Source: Macrostomum lignano (taxonomy: Eukaryota). Taken from it: 64,000 nt of DNA. Of the stretch, positions 11,725 through 22,074 are shown piece after piece (position 1 is the stretch's first letter; each line of letters opens with the position of its first letter). The stretch spans positions 62,001 to 126,000 of the forward strand of contig NIVC01001924.1 of the NCBI GenBank assembly GCA_002269645.1, given 5' to 3'. The translations under genes were made by a program, and so were the position numbers. The notes beneath the pieces were generated by a model. The model was not told the origin of the DNA. It saw only the letters and a list, made by a program, of their open reading frames with translations, and searched no databases.

Positions 11725-11840
11725 CCGATTGCCCCACCGGTTGCCCCACTAGTTGCTCCACCGGTTGTCCTACTAGTTGCTTCACCAGTTTTCCCACTAG
11801 TTGCTTTATCGGTTGTCCCACTAGTTGCCCCACCGGTTGA
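11725..11840. repeat. 12-bp tandem repeat (CCAC[C/T][G/A]GTTG[C/T][C/T])
   Basis: About 9-10 units, e.g. ccaccggttgcc-ccactagttgct. Confidence 0.85.
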
Positions 11841-11899
11841 AATATTTCAAGCTAAAATTAAGCCGTTAAATATTTAGCCAGTCAGTCAGTCACAGGCTT

Positions 11900-12390
11900 C
11901 AGTGTGTCCTGCTCTATGGCAATTTGCCATGAAAACAGTCCCAGCAAAACAGGTTGCTATGGAAACAGCGCCAAAAACAAACTCGGTTGTCATGGAAACA
12001 ACGCCAACAACAAACTCGGTTGCCATGGAAACAGACTCATCAGCACCGGTTGCCATTGAAACAGCCGACTCGCGGCACCCCATCCCCAGCGATCGGCTCC
12101 GCCTCCCCGTGACGGAGCTGCGGAACGGCGCCCTGCAGTCGGCGCTGATGCTATCGGTGTTGAGAGGCCGTGCCGACCTCGCCGAGCGGCTGCTGTCGCT
12201 GGATCCGTCGCAGGTGCAGCGGTACCACGACAGCGGAGGGCGCAACCTGAGCCATCAGTGGCTGCGGCGGTGGTCGCCCGGCTACTGCGGCTGCTACAAG
12301 ACAGCCGGACATTGGTGGCGGGGCTGCGGGCCTCCCTGACGATGCCTGACGGCGGCTGGCGAACGCCGGTGCAGGCGACGGTTCGACGGG
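11900..12390 (+). pseudogene. Inverted partial duplicate of the ankyrin gene, retaining the VAMET/X-box repeats
   Basis: ETADSRHPIPSDRLRLPVTELRNGALQSALMLSVLRGRADLAERLLSLDPSQ is nearly identical to 357-1847. A deletion after GGRNL shifts the frame, and homology stops near 12385. Confidence 0.85.
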
Positions 12391-12477
12391 ACTCTCGGGA
12401 AAGAGAGAAGTTAGTAAAGGCTTTAGAAATTTAGAAAGCACCTAAAAATCAATTGAAACGTTGCGAATATTGATAGT

Positions 12478-12543
12478 CAAGGACAAAAATTTCTCCAGTG
12501 GGATTGGAAATCGAACCCCGACCTTCAAGTCATGAGTTCGACG
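12478..12543 (-). mobile_element. SINE family B fragment
   Basis: CAAGGACA...GGAAATCGAACCCCGACCTTCAAGTCATGAGTTCGACGC matches 10930-10993. Confidence 0.8.
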
Positions 12544-13095
12544 CATGATATACGGGCAGAGCCCGTGGCGATTCCAAGGCTGTTCCACGGCCTATCCGAG
12601 GATTCTCCTTTCTGAGCGTACGAGTGTACTGTACACTGAACTGTCTCTTTCTCTCCCTTGTGCGCGTCAAGTGTACAATCCAATTTTCTGTTCTCTCTCC
12701 ATTCTCTTGTTTTCTCGACTGTACAACGTAGGTGCACTTAATAAGAATTCTGCTACAACAGTCTTACAATGTTAGTGATGAAATCCTGAAATCCTTTATT
12801 ATATTTGTTATCAAGGAGTAACGAATTTGAGTCCAGAGGCCATGCAGTCATGATTATTTCAAGCTGCAGCATTTTTATTTCAACTATTCATGCTAAGCAC
12901 CTAATTATAAACATCTGCCAAGATAGTACCTTGTACGATTGTTTACTAGGTACTACCTTGTAGACAGTCAATGTTCCTACAGACAAAGCAAAACGGTCAT
13001 AGAGAAGACGTTGATATTTCAGTCGTTTTCATAGCATAAATGTCTCACTCTGGCATTCCCAAGTCAATTCCACGGCTTCTCCGCTCCAGCTGCCA

Positions 13096-14985
13096 ATGTC
13101 GACCCCCGGACTGTCCGAGAAGGCTTCGCTGGCCCAGCCGGCGGACGAGAAGGCGGTGCCACCTCACCTGCGCTGCAACAGCTGCTCCAAGCCGGTGTTC
13201 AACGCCTTCCAGACTCCTCACGGCTGCCGCATCTGCCAGTCCTGCGTGCAGGCCAAGCTGCACCCCACCGAGAGGCGCCTCTGCCCCGGAACCACCGAGG
13301 CCTGCAAAGATGAGGATGAGGAGATCCGCATCTGCCAGTCCAGCTGCGTGCCCGACATCGCCACGAGACGGGAGATCAGCAAGCTGACCGTGTTCTGCCC
13401 CAACCGGGACGGAGGCTGCAAGGACCAGATGAAGTGGAGGGAGGTGGACACTCACCTGGAAAAGTGCGAATACGAGAAGGTCAGCTGCGAGTTGTGCCGG
13501 GACTCGATACTGAAGAAAAGACTCAAGTCCCACCTCAGTGACGAGTGTCGGGAACGACGGGTGACCTGCGGTTTGTGCCAGCAGTCGGTGGTGCACAGCG
13601 AGATGGAGAAGAGCCACAGGAACCTGGACTCGGCTACGTGCTGTCCGAGATACACAGACTACTGTCCGTTCTGCAAAGACAAGTCCAGGAAGCTGAACCG
13701 CAAGGAATTTGTTGAACACCTGAAAACTTGTCCAGACAAACCGAACGAGTGCAAGTACAGCCACCTGGGCTGCGAGAGAAAAGCCAGAAAGTCGGACCTT
13801 GAGAAGCACTACAGAGACGAAGTCGACAACCATTTGACGCTGCTGGACTCGAAGCTGAGGCAGGTGGCGTCCGGTTCGAGCTTTGCACCACCGACTGCTG
13901 CGACAGCCGCAGCCACCGTCGCTCCCGTCGGAGGCACCAGGGAGGTGGAGGAGGTGAAGCGGAAGGTGGCCAACATTCATTACCACTTCAAGAAGCTGCA
14001 AGTGAACGTAGCGAACTGGGCTCACACCACGCTTGAGTTTGAGCAGATGGCTGACAAGTTCGGGGGAATCTCGCAGACGCGACAGTTCTTGAAGAACTTA
14101 GATGAGAAAATCAGACAGATGGAGACACCTGGAGTGGAAGAGCAACGATGGGTGACCTGTGATTTTTGCAAGAAAGAATTACTGCACAGCGATATGGAGT
14201 CAATCCATAGGAACCTGGAATCGGCCACGTGCTGTCCGAGATACACAGACTACTGTCCGTTCTGCAAGGACAAGTCCAGGAAGCTGAACCGCAAGGACTT
14301 TGTTGAGCATGCAAAAATATGTTCAAAATATACTGTTACAATCTCCGGTTTACTTCAGTACCTACAAGACATAGGCACTCGGCTGCGACTGACTTCTAAC
14401 TTGAGCAATGCTGAAGGCACTGTCGATGCGAGCTCTTCAATGGTGCAGCAGAAGCTGAATGAGATCGAGTTCCGACTGCTGAATCTTGAAAGCACGAACT
14501 ATGACGGGTTTCTGGTGTGGAAGGTGAGCAACTTCACCAAGAGGCGGCGGGAGGCCATCGACAAGCGGGTGACCAGCATTTTCTCCCAGCCCTTCCTTTC
14601 GCGTCACCAGGATTTCAAGTTCAGAGTTCGCCTATTCCTCAACGGCAACAAGTCCGGTAAAGGAAGTCACGTGTCGGTGTACCTGGTGCTCATGCAGCAC
14701 GAGTTCGATGACATCCAGGAGTGGCCGCTGAAGGCGACCGTCTCCTTCAAGATGGTCAACTTGAGGAATCGCGCTGACGATGTAGCCAAGACGGTGAGAT
14801 TCGACTCTGGCAATCAGAGACCGTCTGGCCGGGAGGACCTGTCGGTGTGCTGCGGTGAAGCCAAGTTCATGAGCATCAGCCAGCTTGAGAACTCGGACCG
14901 GTTCGTCAAGAATGACAGCTTCTACCTGGAGGTTGACGCAGCCGTGGATGGCGAGAGCGGCCAGGGGCGCAGGGGCAGGACGTAG
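13096..14985 (+). CDS. TNF receptor-associated factor (TRAF2/3/5-like), copy 1, 629 aa, with an extra zinc finger
   Basis: Intronless ORF: RING-like N-terminus (CNSC..HGC..CQSC), TRAF zinc fingers, coiled coil and C-terminal MATH domain (FLVWKVSNF, RLFLNG, HVSVYLVLM, EWPL, FVKNDSFYL). Confidence 0.93.
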   Translation: MSTPGLSEKASLAQPADEKAVPPHLRCNSCSKPVFNAFQTPHGCRICQSCVQAKLHPTERRLCPGTTEACKDEDEEIRICQSSCVPDIATRREISKLTVFCPNRDGGCKDQMKWREVDTHLEKCEYEKVSCELCRDSILKKRLKSHLSDECRERRVTCGLCQQSVVHSEMEKSHRNLDSATCCPRYTDYCPFCKDKSRKLNRKEFVEHLKTCPDKPNECKYSHLGCERKARKSDLEKHYRDEVDNHLTLLDSKLRQVASGSSFAPPTAATAAATVAPVGGTREVEEVKRKVANIHYHFKKLQVNVANWAHTTLEFEQMADKFGGISQTRQFLKNLDEKIRQMETPGVEEQRWVTCDFCKKELLHSDMESIHRNLESATCCPRYTDYCPFCKDKSRKLNRKDFVEHAKICSKYTVTISGLLQYLQDIGTRLRLTSNLSNAEGTVDASSSMVQQKLNEIEFRLLNLESTNYDGFLVWKVSNFTKRRREAIDKRVTSIFSQPFLSRHQDFKFRVRLFLNGNKSGKGSHVSVYLVLMQHEFDDIQEWPLKATVSFKMVNLRNRADDVAKTVRFDSGNQRPSGREDLSVCCGEAKFMSISQLENSDRFVKNDSFYLEVDAAVDGESGQGRRGRT

Positions 14986-15606
14986 CTGCTTGTTGAGTCA
15001 GGCTTTATCCAACATTATGCCGGCCGATTGTTGACTACTAGTATCAATTACTGCTTTCTTTAGTTCAATTTCAAGTAGATTTGTCACTCTATTCAAGTTT
15101 TATGATCAAATCGGTAGTCGACGGTCTAGTAGTTAGGCTTGCATTACGCTCGTATATCATTAAATTTTTTGCTTATTTTTTCTGTGCTAGAAGAAATACG
15201 CGTAAAATGAATGACTTCTAATTGATTTTTTCTTGCCAACAACTTGGATAGCGTTTTTACGAGGGCTGAGCAATAAGTTTCCGGATGTGCCCAGACAGAA
15301 ATAGTTAGAGAGAAAAAAAACAGTTACATCTTTTCAAAGTACTCTCCAGCAGATTCGATGCAAATTTTCATGCGCTTAAACCACTTGCTAAAGCAGCTGG
15401 ACCAATCTGAAGCAGGCACCTTCTCCACATGCTGGATGAAGGCCTCCACTGCAGCTCCTGGTGATCCATAGCGGATTCCACGCATCCTGCGCTTGATTTG
15501 TGGAAACACAAAAAAGTCGCAGGGGGCCAGGTCGCGGCTGAAGGGTGGATGACCGAGCTCTTGAATGCGCATTCCGGCCAGAAACTCCGCCACCTGTCGA
15601 GCCTTG

Positions 15607-15843
15607 TGTTGTGTTCTAATTAACACAGAGAGTTTCTTTGATTGAAGCTTTCTCGGCGAGACACAAATCTCGCTCACAATATATTTATAGAGGTGAAACT
15701 CCTACTTGCACGTTGCATTGCCAAATCGATACGCAATCACCTACACATTCTAGTCTGAGTACAGTATACGCCCACGCATTCAATAAGGTCAATAGTTAAT
15801 TGTCAGTGGTCAGTTCATTGCGCAAGAATTGTCAATCACAACA
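15607..15843 (-). repeat. 3' LTR of the Gypsy element
   Basis: 237 bp, identical by eye to 19747-19983. Confidence 0.97.
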
Positions 15844-18800
15844 TTCTCCCCCCTTCCGGAAGAGGATAACGCGCCGGTTGCCGTCGAGCTCGAGTTGACC
15901 TTCGAAGTTCAGGTGGAGGTGGCGGCTCGCCCGTCCGTGGGGGCGGAGCCAGCGGCAGCGGCAAATCGAACAAGTCGTCCTCTTGGTCGGCCGCGCCGTT
16001 GTCAGCCGGTGGGCTGTTGCACTTAACCAGCCGACTCGCTTGCCACTTTGTACCGTCGGACAGCACGAAGGTGTTGCGCCCTGCTCGGGAGGCGATCTTT
16101 AGCGGTTCCTTCAGTCGGGTCGCCAGCTTGTGCGCTCGGTGCGGCGTCTGTCGCCAGACCCAGTCTCCGGCCTGGAGCATAGAGTCACGAGCCCGCCTTC
16201 GCTTGTTGGTGTAGTCGGCGTTCTTGGCTTGCCTCTCAGTGATAGCGTCGCGCAGATCGCTGTCGTCCCGCTGTTGCACTGGAGTTGGCCTGAGCAGCTA
16301 CAGTCCGGACCGCAGCTTGCGCCCGATCATCAGCTCGGCTGGAGACAGCCCGGTGAGAGCGTGCTGGCTGGTCTTGTAGGTCTTGAGCACCAGGTCGATG
16401 GCGTCCTCGAACTTCGCTCCCGCCCTCAGGTTCGCTGCCAGGCCCTCCTTCAGACTCCGGTTGAATCGCTCGACTCCGCCGTTGCCTTGCGGGTAGTACC
16501 GGCTCACTCGGCTGTGATTGATGCCCTCAGCTCGCAGGAACTCTTCGAACTCGTCACTGACGAACTGGGGTCCGTTGTAGGCTGATCAGCATCTTTGGGA
16601 CTCCCCACCGGCCGAATAGCTTCCGAAGCGTCTTGATGATGTTGGCAGAGGTGACGGTTTCCATGGCTGCAATTTCCGGCCACTTGCTGTACAGGTCGTG
16701 GATCATCAGTAGAAACCGCTGGTGTCGAGGAGCCGCGGCGACCTCGCCGAAGATGTCGATCTCGACCTTGTCCCACGGTCCATCTGGCCACTCGATTGGT
16801 GTCACGATCGTCTGTTGAGGCTTGCCGGACTTCTCCGCCAGAGTGCAGGCCGTGCAGTTCTTGACGTAGTCCTCCACCTGCCGGTCAATTCCAGGAAACC
16901 AGACCGTGTCGCGGCACCGCTGCTTTGACCGAACGACGCCCGGATGCCCTTCGTGGGCCTCCTCGATGACTTGAAGTCGCAGGCTCGTCGGGATGATCGC
17001 GCGTTCACCACGGCCGAGGCACTGACCGTTGTTCCAGCAGAACAGCTCGTCCCGGACGTTGAAGTACGGCTTTAGAGAGCTGTCCACCTTCGTTGGCCAG
17101 CCGCCCGAGATGTACCGCAAAACCGCCTGCAGCACTTCGTCCTCCTTGGTCGCCGTTGCCAGTGCGTCTGCCGTCAGCGTTGTCTTCGAGTCGACGACTG
17201 CGTAGACGTAGCCCTCCTCGTCGGTCTCCTCGGCTGGAACGCGCTCCGTCGTGGCCCATCTGGACAGCATGTCCGCGCACTTGTTGTCAGCGCCAGGGAT
17301 GTGCTCAAACCGGACGTCGTAGCCGCGAAGTCTCTCGACCCATCGATGAACTCGAAGAGGCCTGTGCCCCATGCCTTTCGAGTCGAGCAGAGTTGTCAGG
17401 GCCCTGTGGTCGGTGCGCAGCGTTACTCGTCTGCCGTATAGATAGTAGTGCCAGCGTTCGATGGTCCATACACAGGCCAGGGCTTCTCGCTCTCCGGCTG
17501 AGTATCGCTTTTCCGCTGGGCTGAGTGCTCTCGATGCGAACGCGATTGGCACCTCTTTTCCGTTTTGTACTTGGCTGAGCACTGCCCCCAGTCCGTCTAG
17601 ACTTGCATCGCAGGTGACGTTCGTCTCAGCTTGGCAGTCAAAATGAGCTAACACTGGGCTGCTGGTTACGGCTGACTTGAGTGTACGGAAGGCTGTACGT
17701 TCTCGCTCACCCCAGTGCCAGTCCGCGTCCTTTTTGAGCAGTTGTCTCAGAGGCTCGGCAATTTCTGAGTAATGCGGTATGAACTTGTGCAAAAAGTTCA
17801 CTGCCCCGAAAAACGATTGAATTTGCGCGACCGTTGATGGCTCAGGAATTCTTAGAATTGCGTCGACGTTGGACTTGGTCGGTTTGATGCCGTCTGCAGA
17901 GACGACCAATGCAAAGAAATCCACGCTCGCCTGCCGGAATTAGCACTTCTCTCGATTGAGTGTGAAGCCTTCGCGATGAATCCGCCCTAGGACTTCTCGG
18001 AGGTTCTTGTCGTGCTCAGTCTCGTCCTTGCCTTGCACCAGGATGTCGTCCACGATGTTGATGGCGCCTGGAGCTCCTCGAAGCACCGTCTGCAGGGCTC
18101 GCTGGAAGGCAGCTCCGGAGCTGGATAGCCCGAATGGCACCACGGTGAACTGGTACAGGCCGCCATTGGTGATGAAGCACGTCAGTCCTCGAGAGTCTGG
18201 ATGCAGCGGAATCTGCTGGTAGCCTTGACGCAGGTCCAGCTTGCTGAAGCACTTCGAGCCGTTGATGCTGGCCGATAGGTCCTCGATTGACGGTACCGGA
18301 TAGCGGTCCGCAATCACCGCCTTCTTGACCTGCCGCAGATCCTCGCAGAGACGAACCTTGTTGGACTCCTTCTTGCGCGTCACGACAACGTTGCTAACCC
18401 ACTCAGATGCGTCGACCTTCTCAATGATGCCCTGTTGCTCCATCCGGCTGATCTCTGACGTCACTTCATCCTTCAGGCCGATTGGCAGCTTCCGCATTGG
18501 CTGAGACACTGGCTTGACCGAGGCGTCGATTTTTGTCCGGTGAATGAAGCTCTTGGACCGGCCCAGACCGTCGAAGATTCCGGGGAAGTCGCGCTCGATC
18601 GTAGTCTCGCTGATGCTCATCACTCTGTTGTCACCTTGGAAGATTTTGAATCCGAGGGCCTGAAACAGGTCGCGGCCCAGGATGTTCGCTCCTTTGTCGG
18701 CGACGTAGAATGTGGCTTCTGTCCTGATGCCGTTGAACGTCACTGGAAGCTCCACCTTGCCGATGGTCTTGATCGCAGATCCACCGTATGCCTCCAGTTT

Positions 18801-19746
18801 TGTGCTCGTCGGAAGCAGCGGGTGCCTAGCGAAGGACTTCTTGAACGTCTCCGTGTTGAGCAACGAAACGGGAGCACCGCAGTCGATTTGCAGTCGAATC
18901 AGCTGTCCGTCCAGACGGCATTCGCAGAATAAGCTGTCTGTGCTCTTGTTGTTCACGGCCAGGACCGTCAGGCTGGACTCTGCAGGCTCTTTGGTGTCGA
19001 TCGCAGAGACCGCTTTCATGCGGCACATTTTCGCGAAATGGTTCGTCTTGCCGCATCGTCTGCATTTCTGGCCCATCGCCTTGCATTCGCCCTTGTGTCC
19101 GTGGTTGCCTCCGCATCGAGTGCACTTTGGACATGGTGCTGCAGTCTTCTCATGGCGAGCAGCTGGCTTCGGCTTCTTGCTCAGGGCCTTCACGTGGAGC
19201 TCTGGGCCGCTGACCTGCTTGGCATCTCTGATGGCTGCTTCGATTCGCTCAGCCTTCTTGGTGGCTTCATCTAGCGTCAGATCGTCCTCCTCCATCAGGA
19301 GTCTTTCCCTAATGCGAGGTACGCAGGTTTTCTCCACAAGTTGGTCTCGAATCATTTCGTCGTGAAAGGTGCCAAAGTTGCAGTTTGTTGCCAGTTCTCT
19401 CAGGGCCATCACGTAGTCTCCGATGCTCTCGCCGTCGTGCTGGGCTCGCTGCCGAAAGGCGAAGCGCTCTGCTATGACGCTTCTCGACGAGCTGAAAATC
19501 GCCTTCAGTGCCTTTTTGGTCTCCTGAAGCGACTTGCTTGCATCGACGTTTGCAGCTCGGCGGCGTCCTTCCTCACCAAGCAGATGCAGGAGGATTGCCT
19601 TTTTCCGACTCTCTGATGCCTCTTCGAGAGCTCCAGCTACCAAGAAGTTCTCAAATGACTTGTTCCACCTTGCCCATGGCACAGGAGGTTCGCCTGGTAC
19701 TGGTTGAAACTCCGCTGGGTACGGGAGGAGTCCGCTCGTCGCCATT

Positions 19747-19983
19747 TGTTGTGTTCTAATTAACACAGAGAGTTTCTTTGATTGAAGCTTTCTCGGCGAG
19801 ACACAAATCTCGCTCACAATATATTTATAGAGGTGAAACTCCTACTTGCACGTTGCATTGCCAAATCGATACGCAATCACCTACACATTCTAGTCTGAGT
19901 ACAGTATACGCCCACGCATTCAATAAGGTCAATAGTTAATTGTCAGTGGTCAGTTCATTGCGCAAGAATTGTCAATCACAACA
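19747..19983 (-). repeat. 5' LTR of the Gypsy element
   Basis: 237 bp, followed immediately on the minus strand by the PBS, which overlaps the gag ATG. Confidence 0.97.
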
Positions 19984-21446
19984 CCTTGTGGGCCGGGGCG
20001 TTGTCGTGATGGAGAAGGATGCCCCGAGCTCGAGTCCTTGGGCGACGCCTGGAGAGAGCGCTCAGCACTTGTGGCAGGCAAACGTTGGCGTACCAGTTAC
20101 CGGTGACTGTGCGCTGCTGCACGAGTGGAACCGTGGCCAGATGACCAGTTTTCGCCACAAAAACGGCCACCATCTGCTTCGCCACGCTGCGCTCTCGCCG
20201 AAGCTTGTTGGGTGGTGGGGTGCCACCAACTGGAGTCCACTGGGCCGACTGCTGCTTAGTCTCCGGGTCGAAACTATAGATCCAGGACTTTTCACCACTG
20301 ACGATATCCCAGACCGAGTTTGAGCTGCCTCCGTTGAATCTGTCAAGCACGGTGCGGCACCAGGTCACCCGAGCCTCCTGCTCCGGAGCCAGCTGATGAG
20401 GCACCCAGCGTGCAGAAATCTTGCTCAGGTTGAGCTGTGAATGCAGGATCGTCCTGATGGATCCTGATGAGATGCCCATCTGTGCCTCTATCTGGGACAC
20501 AGTCACTCGGGCATCATCCTCAACCATGGCCCGTACAGCAGCAACATTATCCTCGGTCGTTGCGGAGACCGGCCGGCCGCTGCGCTCCTCATCATCCAGA
20601 CTCTGCCTGCCGGGATCTAGATGGTGCTACATCCCCAAAAAGCTCATTGCAATCGCTCAAGACTTTCTTGCTGACGCAAACCACTTTTAAAATCGTAATA
20701 AAATCATTGCTCTAAAATGACTCCTATTGAGCTCAATTGTGAATTTGATTGATAGGGTGGGTATGCTAGCTTGGTTTGGGTGCTGCACTGGCTATATATG
20801 ACCAGTGTGTCTGAAACTTTGCAAACTTTGTACTTATATAATGTACTTGACACCTATGGTGTCAGATTTTGTCAGCCGCCTCTCAACTATGCACACCCAA
20901 AAACTTATTGCTCAGCCCTCGTAATCCAAAAAATTATATATACTTCGGTATTTATTCACATGTTAATTGTGTGACTTCAATTATTTTTTATTCGCTATTA
21001 CAATTGACAGGCAAAATTATAGGATGATGATGGCAGTCTAAAACTTGAATTATGTTATAGATTGATGTCGGATATTGTTTAAACGTAGTATTTGTTGTAG
21101 CGAACTCACCGAAGCTTTAACTAGTTAGTTAATTCCGGTAAATACAGGTCAAACCTTAGAGATTTAGTATATTGTGATGATTTTTCTTGTTTCTAGTCAT
21201 GTACAATTTTATTTCTGCTTTTCCTTTCACTAGCGCACTTTCTCAAATATGCACTATAGAGCAATAGAACGGACCTAGCTACTTATTCTATGGTGCTCTT
21301 GTTGTTTTTTGTTCATTGTCTTGTTTATTTTACTTTGCTGTAGATGTCTTGGTTATTTACCTATATCCTACTGACATTGCTGAGTCCTGACTGAGTTATA
21401 TATGAGCCCATTATTGATTATCGATTTATTTGATTGAAAAACAAAC

Positions 21447-21725
21447 GCTCGATTCCAAGTGCAGTCACAATTGTTTAAGGGTTAAACTGAAATCTCGGTT
21501 TGTGATTGTGATTGTGAAGTGTACATGCCTAACGATAAATAAAGTCAGGGCCCCTGCACACTTCTGTGTGAGTGTGTGCCTGTGCGTATGACTGCGTACG
21601 TATCCGCGTGCCTGTGTGCCTGCTCAGGGGAGTCTGCGGAATGGACAGTCAGTAATGCCTCTCGCCGGTTGTGTGACAAAGTCGCTTAATGTGCACCAGG
21701 GCGCACACAGACCCCTGCCTCTAAA
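21447..21725 (+). mobile_element. SINE family A, 5'-truncated copy
   Basis: CTCGATTCCAAGTGCAGTCACA ... GTGAAGTGTACATGCCTAACGATAAA ... CCCCTGCCTCTAAAAA matches the reverse complement of 7749-8075. Confidence 0.8.
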
Positions 21726-22074
21726 AATGGTTTATAAAAAACAACTTGTGGTAAAATTTGCTTAAAATATTTGTTAAAGCTACAAACAGTAAAATAAAAA
21801 ATAAAAAAACTTTTTTTACTATTTTTGTTAGTTAATGTTGAATTTAGACCATGGTTGATTTATTCATTTGCAAAGAAACAGTCAGACCGGTAAACACCGG
21901 TGTCAACATGTACATAGCAAAGTTGTTTAATTGTATAGAAATATTTTATAAGCAACACTAATTAAAAAAACAGCACACGGGACACGCGCGAAAAAGTCTT
22001 ATAACCGTGTTCGAACCAGTTACGCAGATAAAATGCAGAAGTAACTCAGTTAAACAGAAACGCGCTTCCCACAT

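Larger units (their letters stand above)
15607..19983 (-). mobile_element. Ty3/Gypsy LTR retrotransposon (Mag-like), full length, 4377 bp
   Basis: 237-bp LTRs (TG..CA) with 5-bp TSD CCTTG. PBS TGGCGACGAG is complementary to a tRNA-Ser(GCU)-type 3' end; PPT GGAAGGGGGGAGAA. Gag has CRRCGKTNHFAKMC, followed by protease (IDCGA), RT (VDDIL), RNase H (CDAS) and integrase (HHCC). Nonsense codon at 17940-17942 and frameshift near 16575. Confidence 0.97.
15260..20921 (-). mobile_element. Mariner (DD34D) DNA transposon of about 1.28 kb, defective, interrupted by an LTR retrotransposon
   Basis: TIR CGAGGGCTGAGCAATAAGTTT at 15260-15280 and its inverse at 20901-20921, both flanked by TA. Motifs WVPHQL, WIYSFDPETKQQS and HDNAPAH lie at 19984-20527; HPPFSRDLAPCDF lies at 15324-15606. 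The N-terminus carries a stop and frameshift. Confidence 0.95.
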
